Source: Dehalococcoidia bacterium (GTDB taxonomy: Bacteria; Chloroflexota; Dehalococcoidia; Bin125). Taken from it: a DNA stretch of 64,000 nt. Every line of letters begins with the position of its first letter. Positions within the stretch are counted from its first letter, which is position 1. The DNA is taken from positions 1,920,001-1,984,000 of the forward strand of contig CAXXSR010000001.1 of assembly GCA_963662615.2 (NCBI GenBank), written 5' to 3'. A program made the position numbers and the translations under genes. Under the pieces are notes generated by a model, which saw only the letters and a list, made by a program, of their open reading frames with translations, had not been told where the DNA came from and made no database searches. Below are positions 40,631 to 51,900 of the stretch, piece by piece.

Positions 40631-41388
40631 AGAGGCTCCTCGATCCCGCTCCGTCGCGGGTTGATCTCTGTCCGACCAGCCGCTCCGCTTTTCGCTCGCG
40701 AGGTAGGTGCTACTGCCATGATAATGGATGGCCCCGAGACGGCCGGCAGGCGCCGGTCTGGCGTCGTCCCGCCGGGATCACAGCACCGCGGGCGCTGGCT
40801 GGGGAAGCACTCGCGCAGATGCCGTTGGGAACGCTGCCCTCGACCCATGAATGGATCGAGCTGCACGCCGCGACGGCTCAAATCTCAAGAGAGGTCGCGC
40901 GGGAGGTTCCGCGGTGGCGCTGTGCCGTGTCTCGGCGTCGCCACGGGGAGCGTAGTGCGGCCCCGCGGGCGCCGTGCGATGACGCGGGAAGGATTCGCAC
41001 AATTCATCACAAACAGCCGTCGTCCCGATGGCTCTGGGGGGCAGCAGGCCAGCGCGGAGATCCGTCGAGTCCTCGCGAAGCGTAGGAATGAGGGCGCAGT
41101 GCAGATCGATCGTCTACGCTGACAGCCCCGGCTTCGGAATGCATCGAGGCACCTCTCGATGCGAACGCGCAGGGAGGCGCGGCATGGCTCCTCAACACCA
41201 AGCGAAGCGCCGGACGCTGCTTCCTCTTCGGTCGTGCGTCGACATCCCACGATCCGACAGCGATCTGCGCCAGCGCCCCCGCGAATTGCCGTCGAAGCCG
41301 GCACCCGCTAGCCCGCCCGCGTCATTGGAGGCGACGCGATTGGCGCAGCAGAGCGCGTTCAGGAGGTATCAGGATAGGAGCGAGATCC

Positions 41389-41643
41389 ATGGTGAGGGAA
41401 GGTGTCCTTCGACCTAAGGCGACGGACCTGCGTCAGGCGAGAGACGCACCGGCGCGCTGCCAGCGTTGCCGGGGGACCTTGGTGGCGATACGCGAAGACG
41501 GTCCCAACGAGGGGGTTTGTCTCAACTGCGGTTGGCGTTGGTACGGCGCCGACGTGGTGCAGCTGGCGCAGGCGCAGGCGGAGATGCAGCCGCGGCGATC
41601 GGCGCGCGGGTACGCCGGCTACCATGCCAGGCGCGGATACTAG
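41389..41643 (+). CDS. Small putative zinc-ribbon protein
   Basis: CQRCRG..CLNCGW; AGGAG upstream. Confidence 0.5.
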   Translation: MVREGVLRPKATDLRQARDAPARCQRCRGTLVAIREDGPNEGVCLNCGWRWYGADVVQLAQAQAEMQPRRSARGYAGYHARRGY

Positions 41644-41899
41644 CGAGACCGCGCCCGGCGGGGCAGTCGCTGTGTCGGCCCGGGCCCATCCCTGAGCAGC
41701 CGGCCCATCCCACCAGCAAGCAGAACGTGCCGAAAGGCTCCGGGGAGTCGCCTCAATGCGCGCGCCTGCGGCACGCGGCCGACGTCCCTGGCTCTGACCC
41801 GCAGCACCGCGCCTCCTGCGGATCAAGCCAATCTTGGTCCCGCTCCCCGCGGGGGATCCGCTGATGGCGCGCACCGGGACAAGTTGACGGTCCCCCGGG

Positions 41900-42250
41900 T
41901 TAGGACCAGTCCACGATCACGACCGCAAATGCGTACCCTGTCCCAACTAGGGCGGCGCCATAGCAGAGCAGGGCGATGGGCCGGTCGAAACGGCGCAGCC
42001 CCAGCTCCCCCAGCGTAAAACGGAAGCGGTGCGCCCAGTGGAAGAAGGCTAACGATACGACGATGACGAGGGCAGCGCGAAACGCCTTGTGCTCGAATAC
42101 ATCGACCAGCTGCTCTTCTGAGATCACGCCAGCCGCGAGGACGAAGCCCAACATGACGATGAGCACCGGCATCAGCAGCGCAGTGATCGTGCCCCCGGCG
42201 GAAAAGAGGGACCAGAACAGCGGCTCGTTGGACGGATTGCGTTTCAGCAC
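41900..42250 (-). CDS. frdD: Fumarate reductase subunit D
   Basis: SNEPLFWSLFSAGG..HWAHR; last gene of the frd operon. Confidence 0.85.
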   Translation of the reverse strand: MLKRNPSNEPLFWSLFSAGGTITALLMPVLIVMLGFVLAAGVISEEQLVDVFEHKAFRAALVIVVSLAFFHWAHRFRFTLGELGLRRFDRPIALLCYGAALVGTGYAFAVVIVDWS

Positions 42251-42298
42251 TGCGGACCTCGACTCATCGCCGCGGGCACTTGTCGTTCCCGCGGCGAC

Positions 42299-42682
42299 CT
42301 AGACGAGAAAGAGGAGCGCGACCAGCGCCGAGAGGACAAGCAAGGCCACGTAGTTGGGCAGCGTCACTTTCCAGGGCGCTAGTCTCTCCTCGCCTCGCCA
42401 GATAGGCACCGCCTTCGCGAACGAATTGAACCACGTCACAGTGTGGAGCACTGCGAAAATAAAGATAATTGCGTGCAGCGCCAGCATCCCCGGCGTGTCG
42501 AGGAAATCGAGATAGGCCGCCAGCGTGTCCCCGCCTTTGTAGACCTTGATGCCCAGGACCAAGAGGAGGAGCGCATAGCCGGCCACGAAGACCGCCGAGA
42601 GCTCCCGCAGCATGAAGAGCGTGTAGGGCCGCCGCTGCAGCCACCAGGTCGCCTTCATCTTGGGGTAGTACGGCCTACGCAT
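42299..42682 (-). CDS. frdC: Fumarate reductase subunit C
   Basis: RRPYYPKMKATWW..FMLRE..LHTVTWF. Confidence 0.88.
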   Translation of the reverse strand: MRRPYYPKMKATWWLQRRPYTLFMLRELSAVFVAGYALLLLVLGIKVYKGGDTLAAYLDFLDTPGMLALHAIIFIFAVLHTVTWFNSFAKAVPIWRGEERLAPWKVTLPNYVALLVLSALVALLFLV

Positions 42683-43443
42683 CAGCTCGCCTTTTCCGGC
42701 CCTCCGCCGAAGGGAAGCAGGAACGATTTGTACCAGGAAACGGCGCTTGAGAGCTTGAGCTGCTGAATGGCGCCGGCAGGATCGACGTCCTTTGGGCAGA
42801 CGGCGCTGCACTCTCCGACGAACGTGCAATCCCAGATGCCCTCATCGCTCGCGACCACCCAGGCGCGGCGATCGCGGCCCTGATCGCGCGAGTCCAGATT
42901 GTAGCGATGGGCCAGAGCGAGCGCCGCCGGACCCACGAACTCCTTCTCGTTGCCGTACACCGGGCAGGCGGCATAGCAGAGCATGCAGTTGATGCACATG
43001 CTGAACTGCTTGTAGCGGGCGAGCTGCGCCGGGGTCTGCCGATACGCCCCCTCGTCGAGAGGACGCTCTTCCTCACGAATGAGCCAGGGCTGGACCGCCT
43101 GCAACTTCGCCATGAAATCATCCAGCACAATGACCAAGTCGCGCTCGACAGGGAAGTTAGCGAGCGGCTCCACCTTGATCGGACCCGGCGTGTAGTCACG
43201 GAGAAAGGCGGCGCAGGAGAGCTTGGGGACACCGTTGATCATCATCCCGCAACTGCCGCAGACGCCCATACGGCAGGACCAGCGGAACGAGAGGGTTCCA
43301 TCAACCTGGTCCTTGACGTAGTTCAGGGCGTCAAGGACCACCCAGTCACGGTGGAACGGCACTTCGTACTGCTGCCACGTGGGCTCTTCGTCCTCCCCGG
43401 GGCGGTAGCGCGTCACCTCAAGGGCGATGGTTTCGCCGGTCAT
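42682..43443 (-). CDS. frdB: Fumarate reductase Fe-S subunit
   Basis: [34 protein letters not shown]. Confidence 0.93.
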   Translation of the reverse strand: MTGETIALEVTRYRPGEDEEPTWQQYEVPFHRDWVVLDALNYVKDQVDGTLSFRWSCRMGVCGSCGMMINGVPKLSCAAFLRDYTPGPIKVEPLANFPVERDLVIVLDDFMAKLQAVQPWLIREEERPLDEGAYRQTPAQLARYKQFSMCINCMLCYAACPVYGNEKEFVGPAALALAHRYNLDSRDQGRDRRAWVVASDEGIWDCTFVGECSAVCPKDVDPAGAIQQLKLSSAVSWYKSFLLPFGGGPEKAS

Positions 43444-43567
43444 TGCGTCTCCAATTCCGAGGTCGTGCGCGCGCAGACCCGGTCGCCGTGGCAGCGACCC
43501 AGCTGCTCAAGCGTCTGTCGCCCCGTCCGGGCCGCAGCACGCGGCCCGGACGCGTCTCTCCCCGGCC

Positions 43568-45334
43568 TCATCTTCCGGCTCCATAGACCCGCTCGGCCGG
43601 CGGCCAGTTCGTGATGACCACGTCCCGATAATCGATCCGCGGCGCTCCATCGGTTTTGAAAGCGAGCGAGTGCTTGAGCATCGTCTCGTCGTCGCGGTCC
43701 GGATGATCCCGGCGTTGGTGGGCGCCGCGGGACTCCTTCCGCTCCAGCGCCGAATGGACGACGGCTTCCGCGACGTCCAGCATGAATTCCAATTCCAGCG
43801 CCGCCGTCAGCTCTGTATTGAAACTCAGGCTGTGGTCGTCCAGCGCCAGATCCTTGGAGCGCCCCTTCAAGTCGGCCACCTTCGCTGCAGCCAAGCGCAG
43901 CGATTCTTCCGTTCGGTAGATCCCGACTCCCGCTTCCATGGCCTGGGTCATTTCCGAGCGCACCGCGGCGATGCGCTCCTGCCCGCCGCGCTTGTTGATG
44001 AAGTCCCGCGCGATCCGCTCTTGTTCGGCTTCGGCCTGTCGCTTCAGCGCCGCTCCGTCGAACGTTGGGTGCTCCAGCGCCCAGCGCGCCGACCCCTTGC
44101 CGGCCCGCGCCCCGAAGACAAGCAACTCCGTCAGCGAGTTGGAGCCGAGCCGGTTGGCGCCGTTGATGCTGACGCAGGCGCACTCGCCCGCTGCGTAGAG
44201 CCCGGGCAGGACCGTGGCGCCGTCGTTGTCCACGTCGACGCCGCCCATCATGTAGTGCACCACGGGCCGCACCGGAATCGGTTCGTATACCGGGTCAATG
44301 CCGCCGTAGTTCTTGGCCAGCTCCCGCACGAACGGCAGCTTTTTGTCGATCGTCTTCTCGCCCAGGTGGCGCACGTCCAGGTGGACGTAGGTTCCGTAGG
44401 GTCCTTCGAAGACGCGGCGCTTCTCTTCTTCGTGCACGAACGCCTGCGATAGCTTGTCGCGGGGCCCAAGCTCCATCGTTCGCGTCCGCGGATGGCTCGG
44501 GTCATGAACGTCCAGGGGCTCGCCCAGCCCATATTCGCTCAGGTAGCGATCGCCTTCGCTGTTCACCAGGATGCCGCCTTCGCCGCGGCACGCCTCCGTG
44601 ATCAAGATGCCCGTCCCGGGGAGCCCGGTGGGATGGTACTGAACGAACTCCATGTCCTTCAGGGGAACACCGGCTCGATAGGCGATCGCCATGCCGTCGC
44701 CGGTATTGATGGAGGCATTCGTGGTGAACGGATAGACGCGTCCGCCGCCCCCCGTGCAAAGGATCACCGCCTTCGCCAGAATGGCCCGCATTTGGCCGGT
44801 CCGCAGTTCCATTGCCGTCAGCCCTTGGCAGCGACCGTCCTCTACGAGCAACCGGGTCGCGAACCATTCGTCGTAGCGGGTCACGCGGGCGTACTTGAGC
44901 GAGGTCTGGAAGAGCGCGTGCAGCATGTGGAAGCCGGTTTTGTCGGCGGCGTACCAGGTGCGCTGAATTCTCATGCCGCCGAAGGGCCGGACCGCAACGC
45001 TGCCATCCGGCTCGCGGCTCCAGGGACAACCCCAATGTTCCAACTGGATCATCTCAGCGGGAGCTTCTTGGACGAACAGTTCCACCGCATCTTGGTCTGC
45101 GAGCCAATCGGCGCCGCTAATCGTGTCGCGGATGTGGTCTTCCAAGGAGTCGTCGGGTTTGATCACGGCGGCGGCGCCGCCCTCGGCGGAGACCGTGTGG
45201 CTCCGCATGGGATAGACCTTGGAGACCATGGCGATGTCGAGGTCGGGGTAGGCTTCCGCCGCCGCAATGACAGCGCGCAGGCCGGCGCCGCCTCCGCCCA
45301 GGATCACAACGTCGTGTTGAATCGATTCCGTCAA
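43568..45334 (-). CDS. frdA: Fumarate reductase flavoprotein subunit
   Basis: [16 protein letters not shown] (covalent FAD His), [21 protein letters not shown]. Confidence 0.93.
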   Translation of the reverse strand: MTESIQHDVVILGGGGAGLRAVIAAAEAYPDLDIAMVSKVYPMRSHTVSAEGGAAAVIKPDDSLEDHIRDTISGADWLADQDAVELFVQEAPAEMIQLEHWGCPWSREPDGSVAVRPFGGMRIQRTWYAADKTGFHMLHALFQTSLKYARVTRYDEWFATRLLVEDGRCQGLTAMELRTGQMRAILAKAVILCTGGGGRVYPFTTNASINTGDGMAIAYRAGVPLKDMEFVQYHPTGLPGTGILITEACRGEGGILVNSEGDRYLSEYGLGEPLDVHDPSHPRTRTMELGPRDKLSQAFVHEEEKRRVFEGPYGTYVHLDVRHLGEKTIDKKLPFVRELAKNYGGIDPVYEPIPVRPVVHYMMGGVDVDNDGATVLPGLYAAGECACVSINGANRLGSNSLTELLVFGARAGKGSARWALEHPTFDGAALKRQAEAEQERIARDFINKRGGQERIAAVRSEMTQAMEAGVGIYRTEESLRLAAAKVADLKGRSKDLALDDHSLSFNTELTAALELEFMLDVAEAVVHSALERKESRGAHQRRDHPDRDDETMLKHSLAFKTDGAPRIDYRDVVITNWPPAERVYGAGR

Positions 45335-45694
45335 TGCCCCGCCCCAGATCCCGCGCAGCCGCCTAGGGCGGCCAACGAAGGACAATCCTACGGCAACTTC
45401 GCCAGACTACAACCCGTGGGCGGCATCGCAACCATCGCGAAGCCGCACCCTCCCACCGGCATCCTACCGTGCCCGCTCACCCGGCCCCTTGTACGTGCCC
45501 GCTACGCCGTGAGGCGGTTCAGAGCGGCCACTCCGGGGGCGCGCACGGTGGTGATTCTCCCCGTAGGGCCCGGCCCATCGCGGACTCCCGCTTGGACCCG
45601 CGGGCGGGCAAGCCAGTCACCGACCGACGGGATCCGGCGCCGTCGCGCGGCCGTATACTTCACTCCAATCAAATCCCCACGAAGAGGAGGCTAC

Positions 45695-46114
45695 GTGGCG
45701 GACGCTAATCTGGCTATCCGGGAATTTCTCAAGGGCCACCGGCTGGCGATCCTGGCGACCGGCCGCCGCGACGGCTCCCCCCAACAATCGCTGGTGGCTT
45801 ATCAGTTCAACGACCGGGATATCGTCATCAGCACTCGGGCGAGCGCCGCCAAGGTGAAGAACGTTCGGCGCCAAAGCGGCGTCTCCCTCTGCGTCACCGA
45901 GGGGCCGCAGAACGTCGTCGTCTACGGGCGTGCGCGGGTCATTGACGATCCGGAGACGGTCCTGGAATACCTTCTGACGCGCCTCGCCTCTCCTCGCCGG
46001 GGCGGGCGGCGAGACAGAGACGTGACCGCCAGAAAGGTGGAGGAAGAGACGCGTGTTGTTCTGGAGGTGGTCCCTGAGAAGTTCCTGCCCTCCAGACTGG
46101 CGGCACTGGAGTAG
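45695..46114 (+). CDS. PPOX-class (F420-dependent-like) oxidoreductase
   Basis: LATGRRDGSPQQS..AKVKNVRR; GAGGAGG RBS before GTG 45695. Confidence 0.8.
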   Translation: MADANLAIREFLKGHRLAILATGRRDGSPQQSLVAYQFNDRDIVISTRASAAKVKNVRRQSGVSLCVTEGPQNVVVYGRARVIDDPETVLEYLLTRLASPRRGGRRDRDVTARKVEEETRVVLEVVPEKFLPSRLAALE

Positions 46115-46157
46115 CGCTTGATTCAGGTCGGACAATCGGACGAAGGCGGGCACACGC

Positions 46158-46961
46158 ATGTCAAGGGGAGCGCGGCCGCTGCAGTGCGATGGCGAGGATG
46201 ATCGGTCGGAAGCGGCAGGGCGGTCCGCGGGCCGAGTCCGGCCGCCGCCCCTTGAGCGATCGATAGCTCCGAAATTGCATCGCCAGCGCGTCGTGATGGC
46301 CTGGAGCGGCGGCAAGGACAGCGCGATGGCGCTGCACGCGCTGCGGCAGCAGCCCGGGTGCGAGATCGTGGCGCTGCTGACGACGATCACCGACGCGTAC
46401 GACCGCATCAGCATGCACGGCGTGCGGCGAAGCCTGCTGGACCGTCAGGCGGCCGCACTAGGCCTGCCGGTGGAGGTCATCCGCCTCTCCGTGGACGCGC
46501 CCAACGACGAATACGAAGCCAAGATGCGTGATGTCCTCCGCCGCTATGCCCGGCGCGGAGTCACTGGCGTGGCGTTCGGGGACATCTTCTTGGAGGATTT
46601 GCGAGCGTATCGAGAGGCTCGCTTGGCCCAGGTTGGCATGGCCGGGCTCTTTCCACTCTGGCGGCGGGACACTGCGGACCTGGTTAACGAATTTCTTGCA
46701 TTGGGTTTCCGCGCCATCGTAACGGCCGTGGACTCCCGTGCTCTGCCGCAGTCGTTTGCCGGCCGCAGCATTGATGCAGCGTTCCTGGCGGCGCTCCCTG
46801 CCGGCGTCGATCCCTGCGGGGAGAACGGCGAATTCCACTCGTTTGTCCACGCAGGCCCGATCTTCCGCGAGCCGCTCGAGGTTCGCACGGGCGAAGTGGT
46901 CAAACGCGATCGGTTCTATTTCTGCGACCTCCTCCCAGCGGAGGTGCCCACCGCGTCCTGA
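46158..46961 (+). CDS. Diphthine-ammonia ligase/MJ0570-like PP-loop ATPase
   Basis: WSGGKDS, FGDIFL, DPCGENGEFHS; true start probably ~46274-46295. Confidence 0.85.
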   Translation: MSRGARPLQCDGEDDRSEAAGRSAGRVRPPPLERSIAPKLHRQRVVMAWSGGKDSAMALHALRQQPGCEIVALLTTITDAYDRISMHGVRRSLLDRQAAALGLPVEVIRLSVDAPNDEYEAKMRDVLRRYARRGVTGVAFGDIFLEDLRAYREARLAQVGMAGLFPLWRRDTADLVNEFLALGFRAIVTAVDSRALPQSFAGRSIDAAFLAALPAGVDPCGENGEFHSFVHAGPIFREPLEVRTGEVVKRDRFYFCDLLPAEVPTAS

Positions 46962-47201
46962 GCCAGGAAAACGGGTCCCACGCCTCTGACGGGGCCTGAA
47001 CGGGAAAGTGCGGCGCCCGCAATCCGCCTTTTCGCCTCCTGGAGTGCCCTTCGCCGCAAGGCTCGCAAGCTCACGAGTCCGAGCCGCTACCATGGCCCGG
47101 CGACGGCTAGACTAGGCGTCCGTGCGTCGGCGCAACGGTGAAGCGCCTCCGGCGTCCCTCCACACGATGACGGCGTCCAGCGGACTGAGAGGCGAAAGAC
47201 G

Positions 47202-48839
47202 ATGAAGGTCGCAGCGGCAATCGCAGAGATTCTGAAACGCGAGGGGGTCGAGTTCCTTATCGGATACCCGGTCAATCCGATCATCGAGGCCGCGGCCGCG
47301 GCGGACATTCGCACCATCATCGTGCGCCAAGAGCGCACTGGCCTGCACATGGCCGACGCCTTCAGCCGGCTCAACTCGGGGGACCGCATCGGCGTCTTCG
47401 CCATGCAGCACGGTCCGGGGTCGGAGAATGCCTTTGGCGGGGTGGCGCAGGCGTTCGGCGACTCGGTTCCGATCCTCGTGCTGCCCGGCGGCTATTCACG
47501 GCGCCTGACGAACATCCCGCCCAACTTCAATTCGTTCGTCAACTACAAGCACATCACCAAGTGGTCGGAACAGGTGACGCTCGCCGAGGCGGTGCCCGAG
47601 GCGATGCGCCGTGCCTTCGCACAGCTGCGCAGCGGCCGTCCTCGCCCGGTGCTCGTGGAGATCCCGCGAGACGTCTTCGCCGAGGAGGTGCCGGAGCCGC
47701 TGGACTACGAGCCCAGCTTCTCTGCCCGCTCAGGCCCGGACCCGGCCGCGGTGGGCGAGGTGGCGCGCCTGCTCATAGAAGCGAAGCGTCCGGTCATCTA
47801 CGCGGGCCAAGGCGTACATTACGCGCGCGCCTGGGAGCCACTGCGCGAGCTTGCCGAACTGCTCCAGATCCCGGTCACCACCAGCCTGCAAGGAAAGAGC
47901 GCGTTCCCCGAGAGCCATCCCCTCTCGCTTGGATCTGGGGGGCGTGCCATGCCCGGACCCGTGCACCATTTCTTGCACAACTCCGACCTGATCTTCGGGA
48001 TCGGCTGCAGCTTCGCCCGCACCAACTTCGGCGTCACCATGCCCGAGGGAAAGGTCATCATCCACGCGACGCTCGACCCCGGCGACTTGAACAAGGACAT
48101 CGCCGTCCAGCATGCGCTCGTCGGCGACGCGGCGCTGACGCTCGAAGCGCTCGTGAACGAGGCCCGCGATCTACTCAACGGCCGCCGTCGCGACGTCAAT
48201 GGAGCGACAGTTGAGGAGATCAAGGGGGTGAAAGAACAGTGGCTGAGCGAATGGATGCCCAAACTGACATCTGACGAAGAGCCTCTCTCGCCGTACCGCG
48301 TCATTTGGGATCTGATGCACACCGTCGATCGGGATAAAACGATCATCACCCATGACGCGGGCAGCCCGCGCGATCAGCTGTCGCCGTTCTGGGAGTGCGA
48401 CGAGCCGTTGACCTACATTGGCTGGGGCAAGACGACCCAGCTCGGCTCCGGTTTGGGGTTCGCCATGGGCGCGAAGCTCGCCCGTCCCGAGAAGCTCTGT
48501 ATCAACGTCTGGGGCGACGCCGCCATTGGTTTCACCGGGATGGACTTCGAGACCGCCGTGCGCGAGCGCATTCCGATCCTCTCCGTCTTGCTCAACAATT
48601 TCTCCATGGCGATTGAACTCCCGGTGATGCCGGAAGCCACCAAGAAGTACCGCAGCACCGACATCTCGGGAAACTATGCGGACATGGCGCGGGCGTTCGG
48701 CGGCTACGGTGAGCGGGTCAGCGAACCGTCCGAAATCGTGCCCGCGATTCGCCGGGGGATCGAGAAGACCCGCGAGGGTGTCCCCGCTCTTCTTGAATTC
48801 CTTACCTCCAAGGAGCTTGAGATCTCGACGCCGGGGTAG
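47202..48839 (+). CDS. Thiamine pyrophosphate-requiring enzyme (acetolactate synthase-like)
   Basis: RQE, GPG, TPP motif GDAA...NN. Confidence 0.9.
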   Translation: MKVAAAIAEILKREGVEFLIGYPVNPIIEAAAAADIRTIIVRQERTGLHMADAFSRLNSGDRIGVFAMQHGPGSENAFGGVAQAFGDSVPILVLPGGYSRRLTNIPPNFNSFVNYKHITKWSEQVTLAEAVPEAMRRAFAQLRSGRPRPVLVEIPRDVFAEEVPEPLDYEPSFSARSGPDPAAVGEVARLLIEAKRPVIYAGQGVHYARAWEPLRELAELLQIPVTTSLQGKSAFPESHPLSLGSGGRAMPGPVHHFLHNSDLIFGIGCSFARTNFGVTMPEGKVIIHATLDPGDLNKDIAVQHALVGDAALTLEALVNEARDLLNGRRRDVNGATVEEIKGVKEQWLSEWMPKLTSDEEPLSPYRVIWDLMHTVDRDKTIITHDAGSPRDQLSPFWECDEPLTYIGWGKTTQLGSGLGFAMGAKLARPEKLCINVWGDAAIGFTGMDFETAVRERIPILSVLLNNFSMAIELPVMPEATKKYRSTDISGNYADMARAFGGYGERVSEPSEIVPAIRRGIEKTREGVPALLEFLTSKELEISTPG

Positions 48840-48850
48840 TCCGTCCGGGC

Positions 48851-48884
48851 CGCGCCTGAGCGCGTGATTTCGCGCTCAGGCGCG
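48851..48884. terminator. Perfect 14-bp stem hairpin between convergent genes
   Basis: CGCGCCTGAGCGCG-TGATTT-CGCGCTCAGGCGCG; no U-tract. Confidence 0.6.
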
Positions 48885-48966
48885 AGAGCGAGGCCAGCCC
48901 AAGAGCGCCGACGATTCCGCCCCGACGCCCGGCGAGTCTGGGCGCCGTGAACGTGCCGCCATCAGC

Positions 48967-51900
48967 TCAATCGCCGCTTGCTCCCGCCGCGGCGGTGCCG
49001 GCCATCTGGGCGCCGGCAAGGCGCGCGTACAAGCCGCCGCGGCCGATCAACTCATCGTGCGTGCCGGCCTCCACGACGTCCCCTTGGCTGAGCACCACGA
49101 TCAGGTCGGCGTCGCGAACTGTCGAGAGCCGGTGCGCGATCACGAGGGTCGTCCGGTCGGACATGAGTTCGCTGAGCCCGTCGCGTACGAGCCGCTCGTT
49201 GAGCGCGTCGAGATGCGACGTGGCCTCGTCCAGGACGAGTACCGGCGAGTCCTTCAGAAGCGCGCGACCGATCGCGACGCGTTGGCGCTGGCCACCGGAG
49301 AGCTGCATGCCCCGCTCACCCACCGGGGTATCCAACCGCTCGGGCAGTGAGGCAACGAATTCGGTCAAGCCGCCCTGCTCCATCGCGTCGCCCAGTTCCT
49401 TCTCCGTCGCATCGGGACGCGCGACAAGGAGGTTTTCCCGAATGGAGGCGTTGAAGATGTAGGTGTCCTGCGCCACCAGTGCGATGCGCCCGCGCATCTC
49501 ATCCAGCCGGTACTCGCGAAGATCGCTGCCATCCAGCGCGATGCGCCCAGTGGAGGGGTCCCAAAAGCGAAGGAGCAGATGCGCCGCCGTGGTCTTGCCC
49601 GCGCCGGAGGGGCCAACCAGCGCTATGGTGGCGCCCGGCCGCATTTGGAAGGTGACGCCTCGAAGCGCGGGCCCGGAGGCGTGCTCATAGCGGAACTCCA
49701 CGCCATCAAATGCGGCCCTGGCCGGCTTTTCCGCCGACCCCACGACTCCGGGCCCATCCGTGACCGTCACCGTCTCGGCGTGCACCGCGGCGAGACGCCG
49801 CGTTGCGCCCAGCGTGTCGCCGAGCCGGCGGCCGATCTGTGCGAGCTCCGTGATGGGAAGGAACGACCCCATGGCGAGCAGCGTCAGCAGCGGAACGGTC
49901 GTGGGCGCCAAGTCACCACTAGCGGCCATCGCCGCGCCGATGGACAGGACGGTGAGGCCCCCCAACCCCATCAACAACTCCAGCAACGCACGCTGCGCGG
50001 CGATTTGCCCATTGAACGCGACCCGCAACGGCAGGTACTCCCGCGCCAGCTCGTCAAATTCGCCTTTGCGGGCGGAGCTGCGCTGGAACACGACAATCTC
50101 GCGCATCCCCTGCAGCGTGTCGACCGCGTGGGCGTTGAGCGCGGCCAGGTTCGTGCGTGCGTCCGAGCCAAGCGTGTCAATGGAGACGCGGGTGAGGAGG
50201 GGGCTTGTCGCCGCCACCACGAGGAAGGGCAGTAACCCCAGCGCCAGTGGCCAGCCGAAGACCAGCAGCGTGATCAGCACGCCGGCCGGCACGACGATGG
50301 CGACGAAGGAGTTCGCGATCGTGTGCGCGAAGAAGTATTCCACGGTCTCCACGTCTTGCGTCGCCATCGCCACGAGATCGCCGGTGCGACGACGCAACAG
50401 GTAGCCCGGCGCAAGGCCATCTAGCTTCCGAAACAGGGCGATCCGCATCTCCGACAGCAGCCGGAAGGCAACATCGTGCGAGATCCAGGACTCGAGCCAG
50501 CGGAACAGCGCCGACAGCACCGCAATCAGGATCAGCACCGCCACGAGCGCGCCGATGGGATCGCCATTGCGAACATTGGCGACCATGAGCGCGCTAATCA
50601 CTCCAATGCTGAGGAAGCCCAGAAAGTAGGACACCCCAAAGAGGAAGGAGCCCGCGAGCTTCAACCGCTGCGGCGCCACCAGTGACAGGAGCTCACGGAC
50701 GGTCTCGGCCCAGCCCATGCCCTCTGCACGCAAGATGCCGTCCGTGGGCTCAAGCTCCGCCGCCTCGTCTCGCACAGCGACCTGCGCGTCCGCGGCGACA
50801 ACGTCTGCCGCCGAGGTCGGCGGCGGCGTCTCGATCCGCTCGCTATCGAAAGCCTGGTCGGCCATCAGTTGGGCGTAGGCGCCGCCACCCGCGAGGAGTT
50901 GGGCGTGGGCGCCGGACTCCACGAGCCGGCCCTCCTCCAGCACGAGGATCTGCTTGCAGTCGATCACGCTGGACAGCCGATGCGCCATGATCAGCGTGGT
51001 CCGGCCCGCCATGAGGCGGCTCAGCGCCTCCTGGATCGTCGCTTCGTTCTCGGCATCCACACTGGAGAGCGCTTCATCCAAGACAAGGATCGGGGCGTCG
51101 CGCAGCAGCGCCCGCGCGATGGCAATGCGCTGACGCTCCCCGCCCGACAGCTTCAGCGCTCGCTCGCCGACCGCGGTGTCGTACCCCTGAGGCAAGCGGG
51201 AGATAAACTCGTGCGCGTTGGCGGCCCGCGCTGCCTCCTGCAACTCCGCGGGGGTTGCGGAGGGCCGCCCGAATCGCAGGTTGTCCGCCACGGTGCCGTG
51301 GAAGAGATACGTGTCCTGCGTGACGACGGCCATCTGGCTGCGGATCTGGTCGAAGCTGAGCTCGCGGAGATCGTGTCCGCAGAGCAGGATGCGCCCCTGC
51401 TGCGGCTCGTACATCCGCTGGACGAGCCACATCAGCGTGGTCTTGCCCGAGCCGCTGCGTCCTACGATTCCAACCCGATCCCCAGGCTCCACGTGGAAGC
51501 TGACGTCCTGGAGCGCCGGCCCACGCCCGCTGGGGTACGAGAAGGTCACACCGTCAAACTGGATCGACGGCCGCGAACCGGCGAGCGCGTGTCGCTCGCG
51601 CTCGACGTCGGCGACGGCCGGCTGCGCTTCCATCATATTGAACACGCCCTGGGCTGCAGAGATGCCCAGCAGGCCTTGGTGAAACAGCAGGCTCAGCTCA
51701 CGCAAGGGACGGAAGACCTCCAAGCCGAGCATCAGGATGATCAAGAGCACTTGGAAGTCCATGGCGCCGCTATTGACACGCGTGGCGCCCACTGCCAGCG
51801 CGACCGCGGCGCCAATGGCGATGCCGCCCACTGTGACGGCTTGCGTGGCGGAATTGCTGGCGAGCACCATCATGGTGGAGCGGAAGACCTCGTGGGCGCG

